From: a phage
DNA length: 64,000 bases
Reading direction: 5' to 3' (one strand)
NCBI GenBank assembly: GCA_024672315.1
Contig: GCA_024672315.1_4714.1
Each line of letters begins with the position of its first letter. Position 1 is the stretch's first letter. The translations under genes and the position numbers were made by a program. Below are positions 1-9,549 of the stretch, one piece after another. The notes beneath the pieces are model-generated. The model did not search any database and was not told where the DNA came from. It was given only the letters and a program-made list of their open reading frames with translations.

Positions 1-431
1 GTCGTGGTTGTTTCGGTTACCTGGATTACGTTCGTGAAGAAGAACACCAGTTCATTCGGCAGATCGATAGCACGCGTTGTAAACGCATCAAGGCTTACAG
101 AATGGTCAGTGTATCCAGAAATGTAATGAACACGCTTGGTTCCTGGTGCAAGGGCCAAGGATTCTTCTACAGCCATCATGAAATGGAAACGGCGTGTGCC
201 CCAACCATTCGCAATCTCCGAAACCCCCTCAGGTTCTGCAGACTGTTGCAACAAACCGGTTGCAAGCTTATTGATTGCTGATGGTGTTGTTGCCGTACCG
301 AATCGCGTCGTGTTAATGAAGTCTTCGATGCTACGCATGCTATCTGCGTGGAATCGTAGTGGACGACGTTGTACATTGTTGTACGGTGCGGTTTCAACCA
401 TCAGTATTTCACGAACATTCATCGGGATCAT
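1..431 (-). CDS. hypothetical protein, 3' end truncated by window edge
   Basis: Minus-strand ATG at 431..429 preceded by AAGAGGAAA; open frame runs to position 1 without a stop (own translation MIPMNVREILMVETAPYNN...). Absent from the ORF track because it has no in-window stop. Confidence 0.5.
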   Translation of the reverse strand, partial: MIPMNVREILMVETAPYNNVQRRPLRFHADSMRSIEDFINTTRFGTATTPSAINKLATGLLQQSAEPEGVSEIANGWGTRRFHFMMAVEESLALAPGTKRVHYISGYTDHSVSLDAFTTRAIDLPNELVFFFTNVIQVTETTT

Positions 432-432
432 T

Positions 433-2019
433 TTATTTTTTTCCTCTTAAATTTACTACGTGTTCATTTAATCGAACAACTAATTGCACAAGCTGCTGAC
501 GGATATCTGCTGGACAAAGCATCAATCCTTTACGGTCAGCTGGGACTTTCTCAAGGATTTCCGGGCCTGCTGCTGAAACATCCCAGTCCCATTCACAAAA
601 CGCATCGGCCACCATGTTAATACCGACAACCGGTAAAGTTGTACGTTCATCTTCATACATGGCGTGTGGATACAATTTATTGACAGTAATGATCTCCTGT
701 GGTTTTAATTGGTGGATAATCTGATAAACATCGTCGCGTTTAACCTGGATACCTACGGTCAGCGCTGCCAGTTGAGGAAAACCCCAATGGTCTAATAAGC
801 AAGCTGCAATCGCTAACGCTTTTGCTTGATGCACGGCTTCAATCGGTGCCAGACTTCTCGCCGGAAGATGGCTATCAAGCAACCATTGTGCCAGTGCTCG
901 GCATCCACGGTTGATTGGTTTTAACTCAACGGTGTCATCATGTTTAGCGTACGTGTATCCGTCGTAACGTTTTGCGATACGCGCATACATGTCTTCAACT
1001 TTACCGTAAGGTGCTGTTTCGTCGACGTCGTGCAACACACGTTCCATCTGGGTGAGATACGCAATATCAAGAATGAGTACACGCGGTGAACGTTTATCTT
1101 TCACCATCAACGCATCAATCACGCCTTGACTGTCTTCATCTTGCGCGTTCCCTCGTGGGGTTTTCTCACGAATAGGTCCGCTGAAACGTCGTTCCGTACA
1201 AAGGTTATTCACATAGCTAAAGATCAGTGTTACCAGATGCGTACAACTCACCAACACCCCATCTTTAACGACAGGCTGTACGGCTTGGTCCAAGTCGCGT
1301 ACGGCTAGACGACGGACGATAGCTTGTGAACGCAACCAGCCTGGCACTTTCTCCGTCGACATGTAATCCACGGTCATCGACAGCGTGATCTTTTTATCAC
1401 CCGTCTGTGCGCGGATATAGTCTTCCAGTCGGTCGTAAGCAGCGATATCATGAATGCGTGTTTTATACATCAGTGACATAGCCACTTCTTCTTTACGGAC
1501 TGTCCCGTACGTTTTCCCTGCGTCAATCAGAAACTCTGCCCAAATCGGCACCATCAGACGGACGTAGATCGCTAACGCCGTTAACTCAACGTAATCATTT
1601 CGTAAATAGGTTTTCTCGGGTATATCATCCTCACCTAATGTTGTTTTCATGTCCGGCGGTAATTTTACCCAACCTGGGGTATTACACAATGCCAGAATCT
1701 CTTCATACACAACCGGTTTGTAAATTTCACCAACGGCGCGACTCAACTCCTCCATTTGTTGCTGTGGAGCAATGTAGTTATCCATCGCTTCACGTGCTTT
1801 AACGAACCCTTCGAAGATGTCGTCGATTCGACGTGGGTTCTTTTGTTCTATCCAGGCGAGATACTTGTTAATCTCCCGCATCTGATTGCTAGCCATATCC
1901 CCATCGATCTTGATGTAACCCTGACCTGAAAATTCCACGGTACGTCCATCACGGTGTTTGATGAGGTAGTGATCCAGCTTTTCTTTTCCTTGCGTCGTAA
2001 TGACGGGCACTATGTGCAT
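433..2019 (-). CDS. hypothetical protein
   Basis: ORF-track 433..2154; start moved to internal ATG at 2019 (MHIVPV...), which has AAGAGG 5-6 nt upstream. Early-promoter-like motif about 58 nt upstream. Confidence 0.6.
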   Translation of the reverse strand: MHIVPVITTQGKEKLDHYLIKHRDGRTVEFSGQGYIKIDGDMASNQMREINKYLAWIEQKNPRRIDDIFEGFVKAREAMDNYIAPQQQMEELSRAVGEIYKPVVYEEILALCNTPGWVKLPPDMKTTLGEDDIPEKTYLRNDYVELTALAIYVRLMVPIWAEFLIDAGKTYGTVRKEEVAMSLMYKTRIHDIAAYDRLEDYIRAQTGDKKITLSMTVDYMSTEKVPGWLRSQAIVRRLAVRDLDQAVQPVVKDGVLVSCTHLVTLIFSYVNNLCTERRFSGPIREKTPRGNAQDEDSQGVIDALMVKDKRSPRVLILDIAYLTQMERVLHDVDETAPYGKVEDMYARIAKRYDGYTYAKHDDTVELKPINRGCRALAQWLLDSHLPARSLAPIEAVHQAKALAIAACLLDHWGFPQLAALTVGIQVKRDDVYQIIHQLKPQEIITVNKLYPHAMYEDERTTLPVVGINMVADAFCEWDWDVSAAGPEILEKVPADRKGLMLCPADIRQQLVQLVVRLNEHVVNLRGKK

Positions 2020-2076
2020 AACAACCTCTTTTCGCGGTTCCCTGTTAAAACGTCTTCTGTGACGTCTACCACAAAG

Positions 2077-2084
2077 GTAATATA
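2077..2084 (-). promoter_or_regulatory. putative phiKZ-type early promoter core (TATATTAC on minus strand)
   Basis: Plus-strand GGTAATATAAGC = minus-strand GCTTATATTACC, about 58 nt upstream of the 2019 start; shares the extended motif with sites at 7356, 13212 and 42173. Confidence 0.5.
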
Positions 2085-2223
2085 AGCGTGAATAATTTTG
2101 GATTCCGGCTGAGTTATCGCTCAGCATGCAAGGCATCCCGCCGAAGCGAGACACCTTGCACTAACGGAAAATATTCGCGTTACCTTCTGAATCGAAGACT
2201 CAGAATGCGATGCTAAAGCATGA

Positions 2224-3012
2224 TTAGAACGCTAAGCCATCAAAGGCTACGGACGGATCATCGTCGTCATTTGCGCTTGGCGCATCCCAACGGGTATCAG
2301 GGGCCGCTGAAGCCGAACTTGATGCGTTAGAGTTACCGTTGTACTGGCCGTTACCAGCATTACGGTTACCGCCGCCGTTGTTGTTACGGTTATAGCTATT
2401 GTTGCCACCATTACTTACGCTACGGCTTTCACCGTCGAAGTTGGTTGCGAGGATGCTTGGCAACACCGCGCGATGAATACGTACAAATTCCAACGCACAA
2501 AGCGGAGAAACAACCCCGATCTGTAAAGGTTGCCCAGACTCATCAACCAGAGCGTGGAAGCGCGGTGGCTTGAATACGAATTGGATGTTCGGTTTTTGGT
2601 ACGCTGTTACAGCGATATATACCGAACCATCATCGTTCTTACCAACCCATGTTGTACTTTCGGTAATCTGTTTCTTCTTACCTGGGTTATTGCGATCGTC
2701 GATAACCTTTTCGTTCTTCATCGCAAAGCGTTGGCCTGGTTTACCCTTAGCAACCTGCTCGAGGATCGCAAGCAGGTTATAGAACGCGTATGAGCTCATG
2801 CGTGCCCAAATGCTTTCAGCGCGACCCTGCTGGTCTTTACGACCGGTGTAAACCGTGATACGCGGTTGATTCTTAGCAACGCTAATTTTCAATGAGGGGA
2901 TTGAATTACCGCCCTCAACCTTTTCGTCCGCCCACAGTTTCCAGTTGTTGTCGTCATACGCTGTAGGAATAATGTTTCCTTGTGGTTTACTGCCCGAATT
3001 CCAATTGCTCAT
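2224..3012 (-). CDS. hypothetical protein, possible ssDNA-binding-like protein
   Basis: 262 aa; long N/G-rich low-complexity linker followed by an acidic C-terminal tail (DDDDPSVAFDGLAF), an organisation reminiscent of SSB proteins; GAGG RBS. Functional call is weak. Confidence 0.35.
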   Translation of the reverse strand: MSNWNSGSKPQGNIIPTAYDDNNWKLWADEKVEGGNSIPSLKISVAKNQPRITVYTGRKDQQGRAESIWARMSSYAFYNLLAILEQVAKGKPGQRFAMKNEKVIDDRNNPGKKKQITESTTWVGKNDDGSVYIAVTAYQKPNIQFVFKPPRFHALVDESGQPLQIGVVSPLCALEFVRIHRAVLPSILATNFDGESRSVSNGGNNSYNRNNNGGGNRNAGNGQYNGNSNASSSASAAPDTRWDAPSANDDDDPSVAFDGLAF

Positions 3013-3085
3013 TTTCAGCCTCGTTACGTAGTGTGAATCAATTTCTGGTTCAGATGATAGTCAATATTAGTTAAAAATTACAGCC

Positions 3086-3883
3086 TCAGCGGAACATGTC
3101 CAACAGAAAACGTTTTGCGAAGGGGTCACGTAACTGGTTGACGCCAAAGCGTGTACGGTCTTCCGTTGTTAATGGATTCCACTGACTCTGTTTCGCAAGA
3201 TCTAACAGCATCCTTTTTATTTTCACCGGCCCGCTGTTGAACTGTACGGCTTGGTCACCGAACGTTCCCAACGTCATCTTTGTAAATGGAAGGTTCGCAA
3301 CCTCTGGACGATCCCCACCAGTAAGTTTGGTTGACCACTGATGTTTTCGTTTCAAGGTTCCGGTATGGCTTTCTACCAAAATAAGTTCACCAAAACCGGT
3401 TCTTGCCAACAAGTCAGAAACATAGTGCGTGGTGATATACGATGTCTTGGTTATCGCGGGTAATTTACAATCCATCGATTCGATATTAGGGAGTCGATCT
3501 ACAGACGCCATCAACCCACGATAAAGTGTAGCGAGTCCTTTTTGTTTTTCGGTGTGTGGCTCCTTATGTGTAGCGTGCGGATAAACACGCTTTATTGACG
3601 CATAGGTTGGCGCATATATCCGCAAGCGAATATGGGGAACGAGTTCATTCACCAGCTGCCTTAGCTGTAGTAACTCGTTTTGAAAATCCCCTGTTATCAT
3701 CGATAATGGTAATTTATGTTGTTCAACGTCTTCAAAGCTTTCAACGAAATTGCGTGCTAAAGTACGCAGGTTGAACAACCAATCCATCGGTGTTTCTGGC
3801 TGTTGCTGTACGGCTGATAATGTTGCAGACGTACCTACCGATAAAGGATAATCACCTAACGTGCGGGCGTACATATTGCTCAT
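3086..3883 (-). CDS. hypothetical protein
   Basis: ORF-track 3086..3919; start moved to ATG at 3883 (MSNMYART...) preceded by AAGGAG. Confidence 0.55.
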   Translation of the reverse strand: MSNMYARTLGDYPLSVGTSATLSAVQQQPETPMDWLFNLRTLARNFVESFEDVEQHKLPLSMITGDFQNELLQLRQLVNELVPHIRLRIYAPTYASIKRVYPHATHKEPHTEKQKGLATLYRGLMASVDRLPNIESMDCKLPAITKTSYITTHYVSDLLARTGFGELILVESHTGTLKRKHQWSTKLTGGDRPEVANLPFTKMTLGTFGDQAVQFNSGPVKIKRMLLDLAKQSQWNPLTTEDRTRFGVNQLRDPFAKRFLLDMFR

Positions 3884-3902
3884 ACCCCACAACTCCTTCT
3901 TA

Positions 3903-5045
3903 TCATGGCAACGTATCAAGCCAAGCAGAAACCTTTAAGGCATCAACGTTCGGGTATTTATTACGAATGCGTTCGACCAACAAACGCTTAACGTTGTCCT
4001 TTGTCAAGTCCCCACCTTTCTCGATAACGTTATTGACGAAACTGTTCTTTAATAGCGACTGGTTGTTCTTAGCGTCCGTTTTAATTGACCAAACGAAGCC
4101 TGGATACAAAGAAGGAATGGAACGAAACGTTTTCGCCGCATCGTCTTCCTTATCACAGCGTATTCGGATATGATCACCCTTCTTCAATGGAGCCAATTCC
4201 CGTTCCAACACACGAATGATTTCATCTCCAACAAGACCGTGCAGTTTTATCGTCTTGTAGACATCTGCTTTCTTGTTCTCAACAAACTCCCACTGGTCGT
4301 TAAACGTTTCCGTTAACATATAACGGAGGTATCCCTTCGGACCTTCTTCACCGTGCGCCAAGCGACCAAATGAACCGCCAACCATGATACGTCCTTTCTG
4401 GGATTGTAAGTGGATATGTCCGCTCACGACCCACCCTTGGGTCTTCTCCACCATTGCGTTATACGCATCGCTGCTATGAACACATGTTGCTTTTAACGCT
4501 TCTGGTGGAAGTTGATATTCAAACGCACCGTGCATCAGAATAAAGTCCGGCGATCCCTTCTCATCAATAAGTCGGTTCACGGCCGACAACGTCACATCCG
4601 GGTCGTGGCTGTAGTTATCTGGAAGATAAAGTACTTTTAAACCAAAGTCTTCATCAACCATGCAGAGGTCATCGTAATAACGAACTTTCGCTCCTATCTC
4701 CATGACCTCGTTCTGTTCAACGAACCACTGACTTTGCTTCTGGTCGTGTAAATTGGTACCCTCAAGAAAGATCAATGTAATATCGTGTTTTCTCGCATAC
4801 CGTAACAACCAGGTACCCCAGGCACGAACAGCAACCACGTCACTCGTCACAAATGTCGTAATACGATCGAAGACATCGCCGCTGAACGTAATCACATCAA
4901 GCAGCGCAGGATCTTCTTTTGTAATGTAATAACGTAGTTGGCTAATCAGGTTTACTGTCGGTGTTTGACGGTGGATAAAGTGAATATCCGACAAGTTGAT
5001 TCCACGTAATACCCCAGGCGTTTTATTTCGACTGAAGTCTCGCAT
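3903..5045 (-). CDS. SbcD/Mre11-like metallophosphoesterase nuclease
   Basis: Calcineurin-like phosphoesterase motifs in order: LSDIHF (D-x-H), GDVFDR (GD-x-x-D), GTNLHD (GNHD-like), MHGAFE, SGHIHL (GH-x-H). Start overlaps the upstream stop (ATGA). Confidence 0.8.
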   Translation of the reverse strand: MRDFSRNKTPGVLRGINLSDIHFIHRQTPTVNLISQLRYYITKEDPALLDVITFSGDVFDRITTFVTSDVVAVRAWGTWLLRYARKHDITLIFLEGTNLHDQKQSQWFVEQNEVMEIGAKVRYYDDLCMVDEDFGLKVLYLPDNYSHDPDVTLSAVNRLIDEKGSPDFILMHGAFEYQLPPEALKATCVHSSDAYNAMVEKTQGWVVSGHIHLQSQKGRIMVGGSFGRLAHGEEGPKGYLRYMLTETFNDQWEFVENKKADVYKTIKLHGLVGDEIIRVLERELAPLKKGDHIRIRCDKEDDAAKTFRSIPSLYPGFVWSIKTDAKNNQSLLKNSFVNNVIEKGGDLTKDNVKRLLVERIRNKYPNVDALKVSAWLDTLP

Positions 5046-5827
5046 CAGAATTCCTCTAAATTGCTGCTGCTAATAGTCCCCGTCGTAGACGGCATGTTTC
5101 TACTACCCACCGACGCTGTTGTTGAAGAGGTTCTGGCTAGATTCAATCCGTTTAATAAACCACGCTCTTTTACCGTACGACGTGAACCATCACGAACGTC
5201 GTAAAGGGGTACGTTATAATGGTCAAAAATCCGAAGCCATTGCACGTAATCAGCAACAACATGGTCTTTGCTTTCATTCGGGGCAAAGCGATCAAGCTGA
5301 TGGTCGACGTAAGCTTTAGCGCTTTCAGGATTGAAGTTATACTGTCGGCGTGCTTTGTCCACCATCGCGAGGAAACATGTATTGGGGTCACGATTGATAT
5401 ATGAACGCGTCCGGATAAAGATAGCCGGTACCGTAAACAGAACCTTGTTGTTATTCCCGTCAGCAACGATGTTAACCGCACGATGTGGTTGGCCTGCTAT
5501 CTTGCACCAATCGTGAACAATGGTGCTATTACTCAACATCTCCGCGTATTCAGGATCCTGCGAAAACATTCCTGCGAACGGGTACAAGAAATGTTTAACG
5601 AACAGCGATTCGGGCAGGATGTTGGGACGCGTCATCTCCTGTAAACCTTTTCGTAGAAGCTCGCTGTTGTCTACCAGCTCCTGCCACATATCCGGTCGTG
5701 TTTTCGGGATGGACGGGTCCTGAGCACGACGAATGCGTTCTTCTTCATTTACAACCACTACCCCAGCCGGATACCCCAATAAATCCGTTCCTTCGCTAAC
5801 GTTGCTGTTAGTTTGGCGCGCCTTCAT
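5045..5827 (-). CDS. hypothetical protein
   Basis: 260-aa ORF, translationally coupled to the downstream nuclease gene. Confidence 0.5.
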   Translation of the reverse strand: MKARQTNSNVSEGTDLLGYPAGVVVVNEEERIRRAQDPSIPKTRPDMWQELVDNSELLRKGLQEMTRPNILPESLFVKHFLYPFAGMFSQDPEYAEMLSNSTIVHDWCKIAGQPHRAVNIVADGNNNKVLFTVPAIFIRTRSYINRDPNTCFLAMVDKARRQYNFNPESAKAYVDHQLDRFAPNESKDHVVADYVQWLRIFDHYNVPLYDVRDGSRRTVKERGLLNGLNLARTSSTTASVGSRNMPSTTGTISSSNLEEF

Positions 5828-6215
5828 TTACTTCCTCCTGCCACTTGATAAAATTACCACGCTCGGATCGCAGAACACCACCCAGATCGTACGATATACC
5901 TTTCTCTGTGACAATCCCTCCAATCTGGAGATCGACACGTTCCGTCGTCGGATCGATATACTTGACACGGACTTTCAATTCCACGCGATCGTAATAACGC
6001 ATTAAATAATCATACAACATCCGGTATGTCGCATCTTCCAATTTGGGTGCGCTATACTGCGATGTTGCAATGAGGTACGGTAGTGAAACGATGGAACCTT
6101 GATAGCAATACGACTGGGAATAATTCGATATTGCGAAATTGGTCATTAACCCATCCAACTTTTTACCCGATGCGGTTAAAAAGCTCGACAGTCCCGGTAA
6201 CGGATTCGATGCCAT
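5808..6215 (-). CDS. hypothetical protein
   Basis: 135-aa ORF in a same-strand gene array. Confidence 0.45.
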   Translation of the reverse strand: MASNPLPGLSSFLTASGKKLDGLMTNFAISNYSQSYCYQGSIVSLPYLIATSQYSAPKLEDATYRMLYDYLMRYYDRVELKVRVKYIDPTTERVDLQIGGIVTEKGISYDLGGVLRSERGNFIKWQEEVNEGAPN

Positions 6216-6228
6216 GAGGAACTCCTCT

Positions 6229-6702
6229 TTAAGCGTAATTCATTCCAACCAATCTATCGTAGTTAGGCATATGCCCTAACTCCAGTTCGACAGGCATGGA
6301 TACATTGGTGCGTGGTGCGTAAAATGTTCGCGTATGCATATCGATATACCCACAGTCCAAATAAACAATATCGGACAACTCCGACGGATGTTTAGGCGCG
6401 GGAATCTTTAATCGATTATAACACTCAAGCTGCCACCAAGCATGAAAAAAGTTATTGTAGGCGTACGATTTACTGTTGGCAACTTTAAGTCCGTAGATCA
6501 CCCATAACGCCGCCATGAAGTTGGTTGCGTTAATTCGCATCGGTTGTTCATTATTGAGCATGTACGTGTAGGTAAACAACGGTGTGTTACCGTCACCAAA
6601 ACGTCCGACTAAGGTATTGTTCGTGTGTTCGACCTCAAAGGAAAAATGCTGGCTGCTATTGCCATCAAAATGGATCATTCCGTTCTCCTCAAGCTTTTTC
6701 AT
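6229..6702 (-). CDS. hypothetical protein
   Basis: ORF-track 6229..6768 begins at a GTG inside a GC-rich hairpin; internal ATG at 6702 (MKKLEENG...) is preferred. Start uncertain. Confidence 0.45.
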   Translation of the reverse strand: MKKLEENGMIHFDGNSSQHFSFEVEHTNNTLVGRFGDGNTPLFTYTYMLNNEQPMRINATNFMAALWVIYGLKVANSKSYAYNNFFHAWWQLECYNRLKIPAPKHPSELSDIVYLDCGYIDMHTRTFYAPRTNVSMPVELELGHMPNYDRLVGMNYA

Positions 6703-6797
6703 TTCATAGAGTGGTGGAAATTCGTAGAAAGTTACAAAAATAAAAAAGAATGGGTAGCCCCTCCCCACCCGAAGGTAGGGAGAGACCGCAAATATAT

Positions 6798-7262
6798 TTA
6801 AACCAAAGCTGCGATAACGTCGTTAACATTGCGGCCTCGCAACTCTGCCGCTAAACGAATAACTTCATCCAGGGAACGGTTTGTACGAATCTTGGCCACT
6901 TTCCAATTTTCAGGATACTGTTCGAAGTTAAGCAACCAAGTCATTACCTTTGCTTGTTCCATACCGTTGAGTTTAATTGTCGTGCGCGGATTGGCTTTGA
7001 ACCACTTCTTGCTCAGCTGCGCCATACGGCGAACAGGGTAAGCGTAAGCGCGAGTCCAGTCTTTGGACAGATTGTCGAGTAATTCACAGTAGCTGTTGTC
7101 GTAGTCTTTGTTGATACGACGTAATAACCAGTTGGCGGTCATCTGATAAAGTTTATCATCTTCACGTAACCGCATACCTGCTACTGCTAAATAAATGATA
7201 AGACCTGCGCCCAGGATGAGAGACAGGATGAACAGAATTTGGGTTTCTTGTGCTAAAGTCAT
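6798..7262 (-). CDS. hypothetical membrane protein
   Basis: N-terminal hydrophobic helix (ILFILSLILGAGLIIYLAVAG); start set at ATG 7262 with GAGGA upstream; early-promoter-like motif upstream. Confidence 0.55.
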   Translation of the reverse strand: MTLAQETQILFILSLILGAGLIIYLAVAGMRLREDDKLYQMTANWLLRRINKDYDNSYCELLDNLSKDWTRAYAYPVRRMAQLSKKWFKANPRTTIKLNGMEQAKVMTWLLNFEQYPENWKVAKIRTNRSLDEVIRLAAELRGRNVNDVIAALV

Positions 7263-7355
7263 TTTACTATCCTCGGATTTCATTAGGATTTAATTTCCAA
7301 TATAAGGACAATGTGATATGCCTTATACAGTCGATTGATGTTGTACATCACCTAA

Positions 7356-7363
7356 GTAATATA
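7356..7363 (-). promoter_or_regulatory. putative phiKZ-type early promoter core (TATATTAC on minus strand)
   Basis: Plus-strand CCTAAGTAATATAGCC = minus-strand GGCTATATTACTTAGG, upstream of the 6798..7262 gene. Confidence 0.5.
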
Positions 7364-7381
7364 GCCGTGAAAAATAATGGA

Positions 7382-8179
7382 TTAACGTGTTCTCCTGTCA
7401 CGATGTGTATACGACTGAAGACCGATGTCCATATGCGGTAACGTCAGCGTCTGCCAGATCTGTCGTGCGTAGCGATCAAGCGTATAATCGTCAGTAACAC
7501 AATCGACGGGTTCGATGAGGTGAGTCGTATACTGGCTTTTCACAGAGAAAGGTTCGTTGTTAGCTGTATCTCCTAATCCGCTTTTCACCGTGAAGACAAG
7601 ACGTGTGACTATCATCGCCTTATGTTGCTGTTCATTGTAACGAAGGCTGCGGTATACGGCATAGCTTCCTCCTTTTAGGCTTCGGGTATAACGAAGGTCG
7701 GAGGTCGTCTCGGAAATCTGATACAGCATCCAGTCTAACGTATCTCGCCAGTACACATCATCCACATCAGGAACCGTGATACCGTACCGCGTAGGCAGCA
7801 ATTCTAAAAGCAATTTATAAAGACCGCGACGTAAGCCATGCTCTTCGGTTTCCGATAAACCGTTTCCAACGTAACGTGAAATACGTGTACGTAAATACGT
7901 ACGGATGAACATATTCGCCATCAGTGTTTTCACTCTGCTACTGGTATCCTCAAAGCGATCAACGCTGAAACTCGTTTCAATCAACCGTCCATTAAAATAC
8001 AATGCAGCAACATACATCGCATTATTGCTATCTCGTTCAATGTTTAAACGACCGCAGATATTGGCTGCGTCGTTCATGGTAAATTCTAATTTATCGTGTT
8101 CGATACGATAGATAATATCCTCCTGGGTTGCTAGGCTCGCAATGCGACGATAGCCCGGAGAAGTACGTTTTACACTCAT
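7382..8179 (-). CDS. hypothetical protein
   Basis: ORF-track 7382..8218; start moved to ATG 8179 (MSVKRTSPGY...) with GAGGA upstream. Confidence 0.5.
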   Translation of the reverse strand: MSVKRTSPGYRRIASLATQEDIIYRIEHDKLEFTMNDAANICGRLNIERDSNNAMYVAALYFNGRLIETSFSVDRFEDTSSRVKTLMANMFIRTYLRTRISRYVGNGLSETEEHGLRRGLYKLLLELLPTRYGITVPDVDDVYWRDTLDWMLYQISETTSDLRYTRSLKGGSYAVYRSLRYNEQQHKAMIVTRLVFTVKSGLGDTANNEPFSVKSQYTTHLIEPVDCVTDDYTLDRYARQIWQTLTLPHMDIGLQSYTHRDRRTR

Positions 8180-8220
8180 GATTGTCCTCGTTTTCAATTT
8201 TAAGATTGCGTGCGGCATAA

Positions 8221-8247
8221 ACCCTCCCCGCCTTATGCAGGGAGGGT
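8221..8247 (-). terminator. GC-rich hairpin, putative intrinsic terminator
   Basis: ACCCTCCC...GGGAGGGT inverted repeat followed on the minus strand by TTTAT; lies between the stop of 8262..8900 and the start of 7382..8179. Confidence 0.45.
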
Positions 8248-8261
8248 AGCCATTAAATGGA

Positions 8262-8900
8262 TTAACCTAATTTACCACCGGCGATATTGGTGAAATCTTC
8301 GCCATCAGGAACTTGCAGTAGGATACGTGCCATGTCCCAGTTGGTTAATGTGATTGCTTTATCATCGATACTCAGTTCTGGTAGGTCGAGTTCATGATCA
8401 TCAAACTCGTAGGAAATACTCCACGTTTCATCTGTTTTAGGATCGGTCATCAATACACCGTCTGTTACACGCATGTAGTCCGGATGCAGTTCATTACTGA
8501 ACGTACTGAACGGATCGGTGTAACATTCAGCATACCCCTCGATCTGCTGACGCTGTGCCTTCGTACGTAATTCAGGGCACGCCATGATCAGTTGTCGAGA
8601 TATACCGTTTGCCGCACGGAAGTCTTCCACGGTGATACATGGCATAACCACATCGTCATGGAAGATGTTCTCCGATTGTCTCAACAGCGTCTTACGGAGT
8701 TCAGCATAGTTTATCTGATTAAATGCGTCGAACGTTGCTAACGATTCAGCGTAAAAATGCTTTACGTGTTCGCTTGCGCCGCCGAGGCTATTCATCAGCT
8801 TGTGGCCGTACTCCATAAAGCTTTTATCGAGACCGGAGGACATTTCTCCGAACCTCAGTGCACGATAACTGTCTCGTCCACCTGTAAATATTTGCGCCAT
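8262..8900 (-). CDS. hypothetical protein
   Basis: 212-aa ORF; AAGGAGG RBS upstream of the ATG at 8900. Confidence 0.6.
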   Translation of the reverse strand: MAQIFTGGRDSYRALRFGEMSSGLDKSFMEYGHKLMNSLGGASEHVKHFYAESLATFDAFNQINYAELRKTLLRQSENIFHDDVVMPCITVEDFRAANGISRQLIMACPELRTKAQRQQIEGYAECYTDPFSTFSNELHPDYMRVTDGVLMTDPKTDETWSISYEFDDHELDLPELSIDDKAITLTNWDMARILLQVPDGEDFTNIAGGKLG

Positions 8901-8915
8901 TACAGGCGTCCTCCT

Positions 8916-9153
8916 TTAGCAATGGTTGTTAGTTGCTTCTATTTCGTCAAGATACGGTTCTACGTCATCGCCCTCCACGAATTCGTTGAACCAACAGTCA
9001 ATGGTAGAAATAACCGGTGACTGGTGTTCACATTTCTTAGATACCTTAAAAGGTACGTTATTATCCATCATACCGAGTTCGGGTCGAAAACGCCCGAAAT
9101 GTTTCGCAGTCCAAATGTCTGGGACGATATGGTTGTTCATAGCGTCTCCGTCG
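8916..9153 (-). CDS. RNA polymerase beta'-like subunit (nvRNAP-type), 3' exon encoding the catalytic loop
   Basis: In-frame minus-strand translation from 9153 reads DGDAMNNHIVPDIWTAKHFGRFRPELGMMDNNVPF..., matching the bacterial beta' segment DFDGDQMAVHVP...LMMSTNNILSP. The ORF track shows only a 74-aa fragment (8916..9140) because an in-frame stop lies upstream in the intron. Confidence 0.65.
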
Positions 9154-9530
9154 CTGTTTATCGACTATATCTTCATCCTCATTGCGAGGAGTCTCCCGTT
9201 TGGGTCTGTGTTTAACAGAGCCTACTCTACTCGACGTCGCGTCTTTCGATAGTCTGTGAGCACACATCTTAACAAACATTCGTGGATTCCTAAACAGGTG
9301 AATGTTCTTGTTGAGATGCTTCGCTGCGGATTATTCCCGTCCTACCTCTTTTACCGTACCCAGTTCATTACGCTGGCCCTCATCTATGTCACCACGATGA
9401 GTTGGTGTGTAGTCCGATTACAGAAACTTCCCGTCAATTAGAGAGTTTTAACTACGTTCCTGTTACCAGAAACCAGATCCCGACGGTATCAATAAATCAA
9501 CGTAAGTTATTGATTTAATTGAAAAAACTG
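9154..9530 (-). ncRNA. group I self-splicing intron (second intron in the nvRNAP-type beta' gene)
   Basis: Minus-strand core elements in canonical 5'-to-3' order: P-like AATTGACGGGAAG (plus 9427-9439), Q AATCCGCAGCG (9322-9332), R GCTCACAGACTATCG (9247-9261), S AAGATATAGTCGA (9161-9173). Exon nucleotide before the intron is U; intron ends in G at 9154. Only about 9 nt follow S, so no P9 is evident and the exact 3' boundary is uncertain. Confidence 0.6.
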
Positions 9531-9549
9531 AAATCTGCATTATCTAAAT
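9531..9549 (-). CDS. 19-nt micro-exon of the beta'-like gene encoding (Y)LDNADF
   Basis: Minus-strand AT TTA GAT AAT GCA GAT TT; joined to one upstream exon nucleotide (T) and to the downstream exon (C GAC GGA GAC) it gives YLDNADFDGD, restoring the universal NADFDGD Mg-binding motif. Flanked by intron 3' G (9550) and followed by the next intron. Confidence 0.5.

Noticed and set aside
8916-9140. 74-aa ORF as an independent small gene
   Set aside because: Its reading frame continues upstream without an ATG into DGD-A-M..., matching the beta' catalytic loop; it is better explained as the 3' exon of the interrupted beta' gene.
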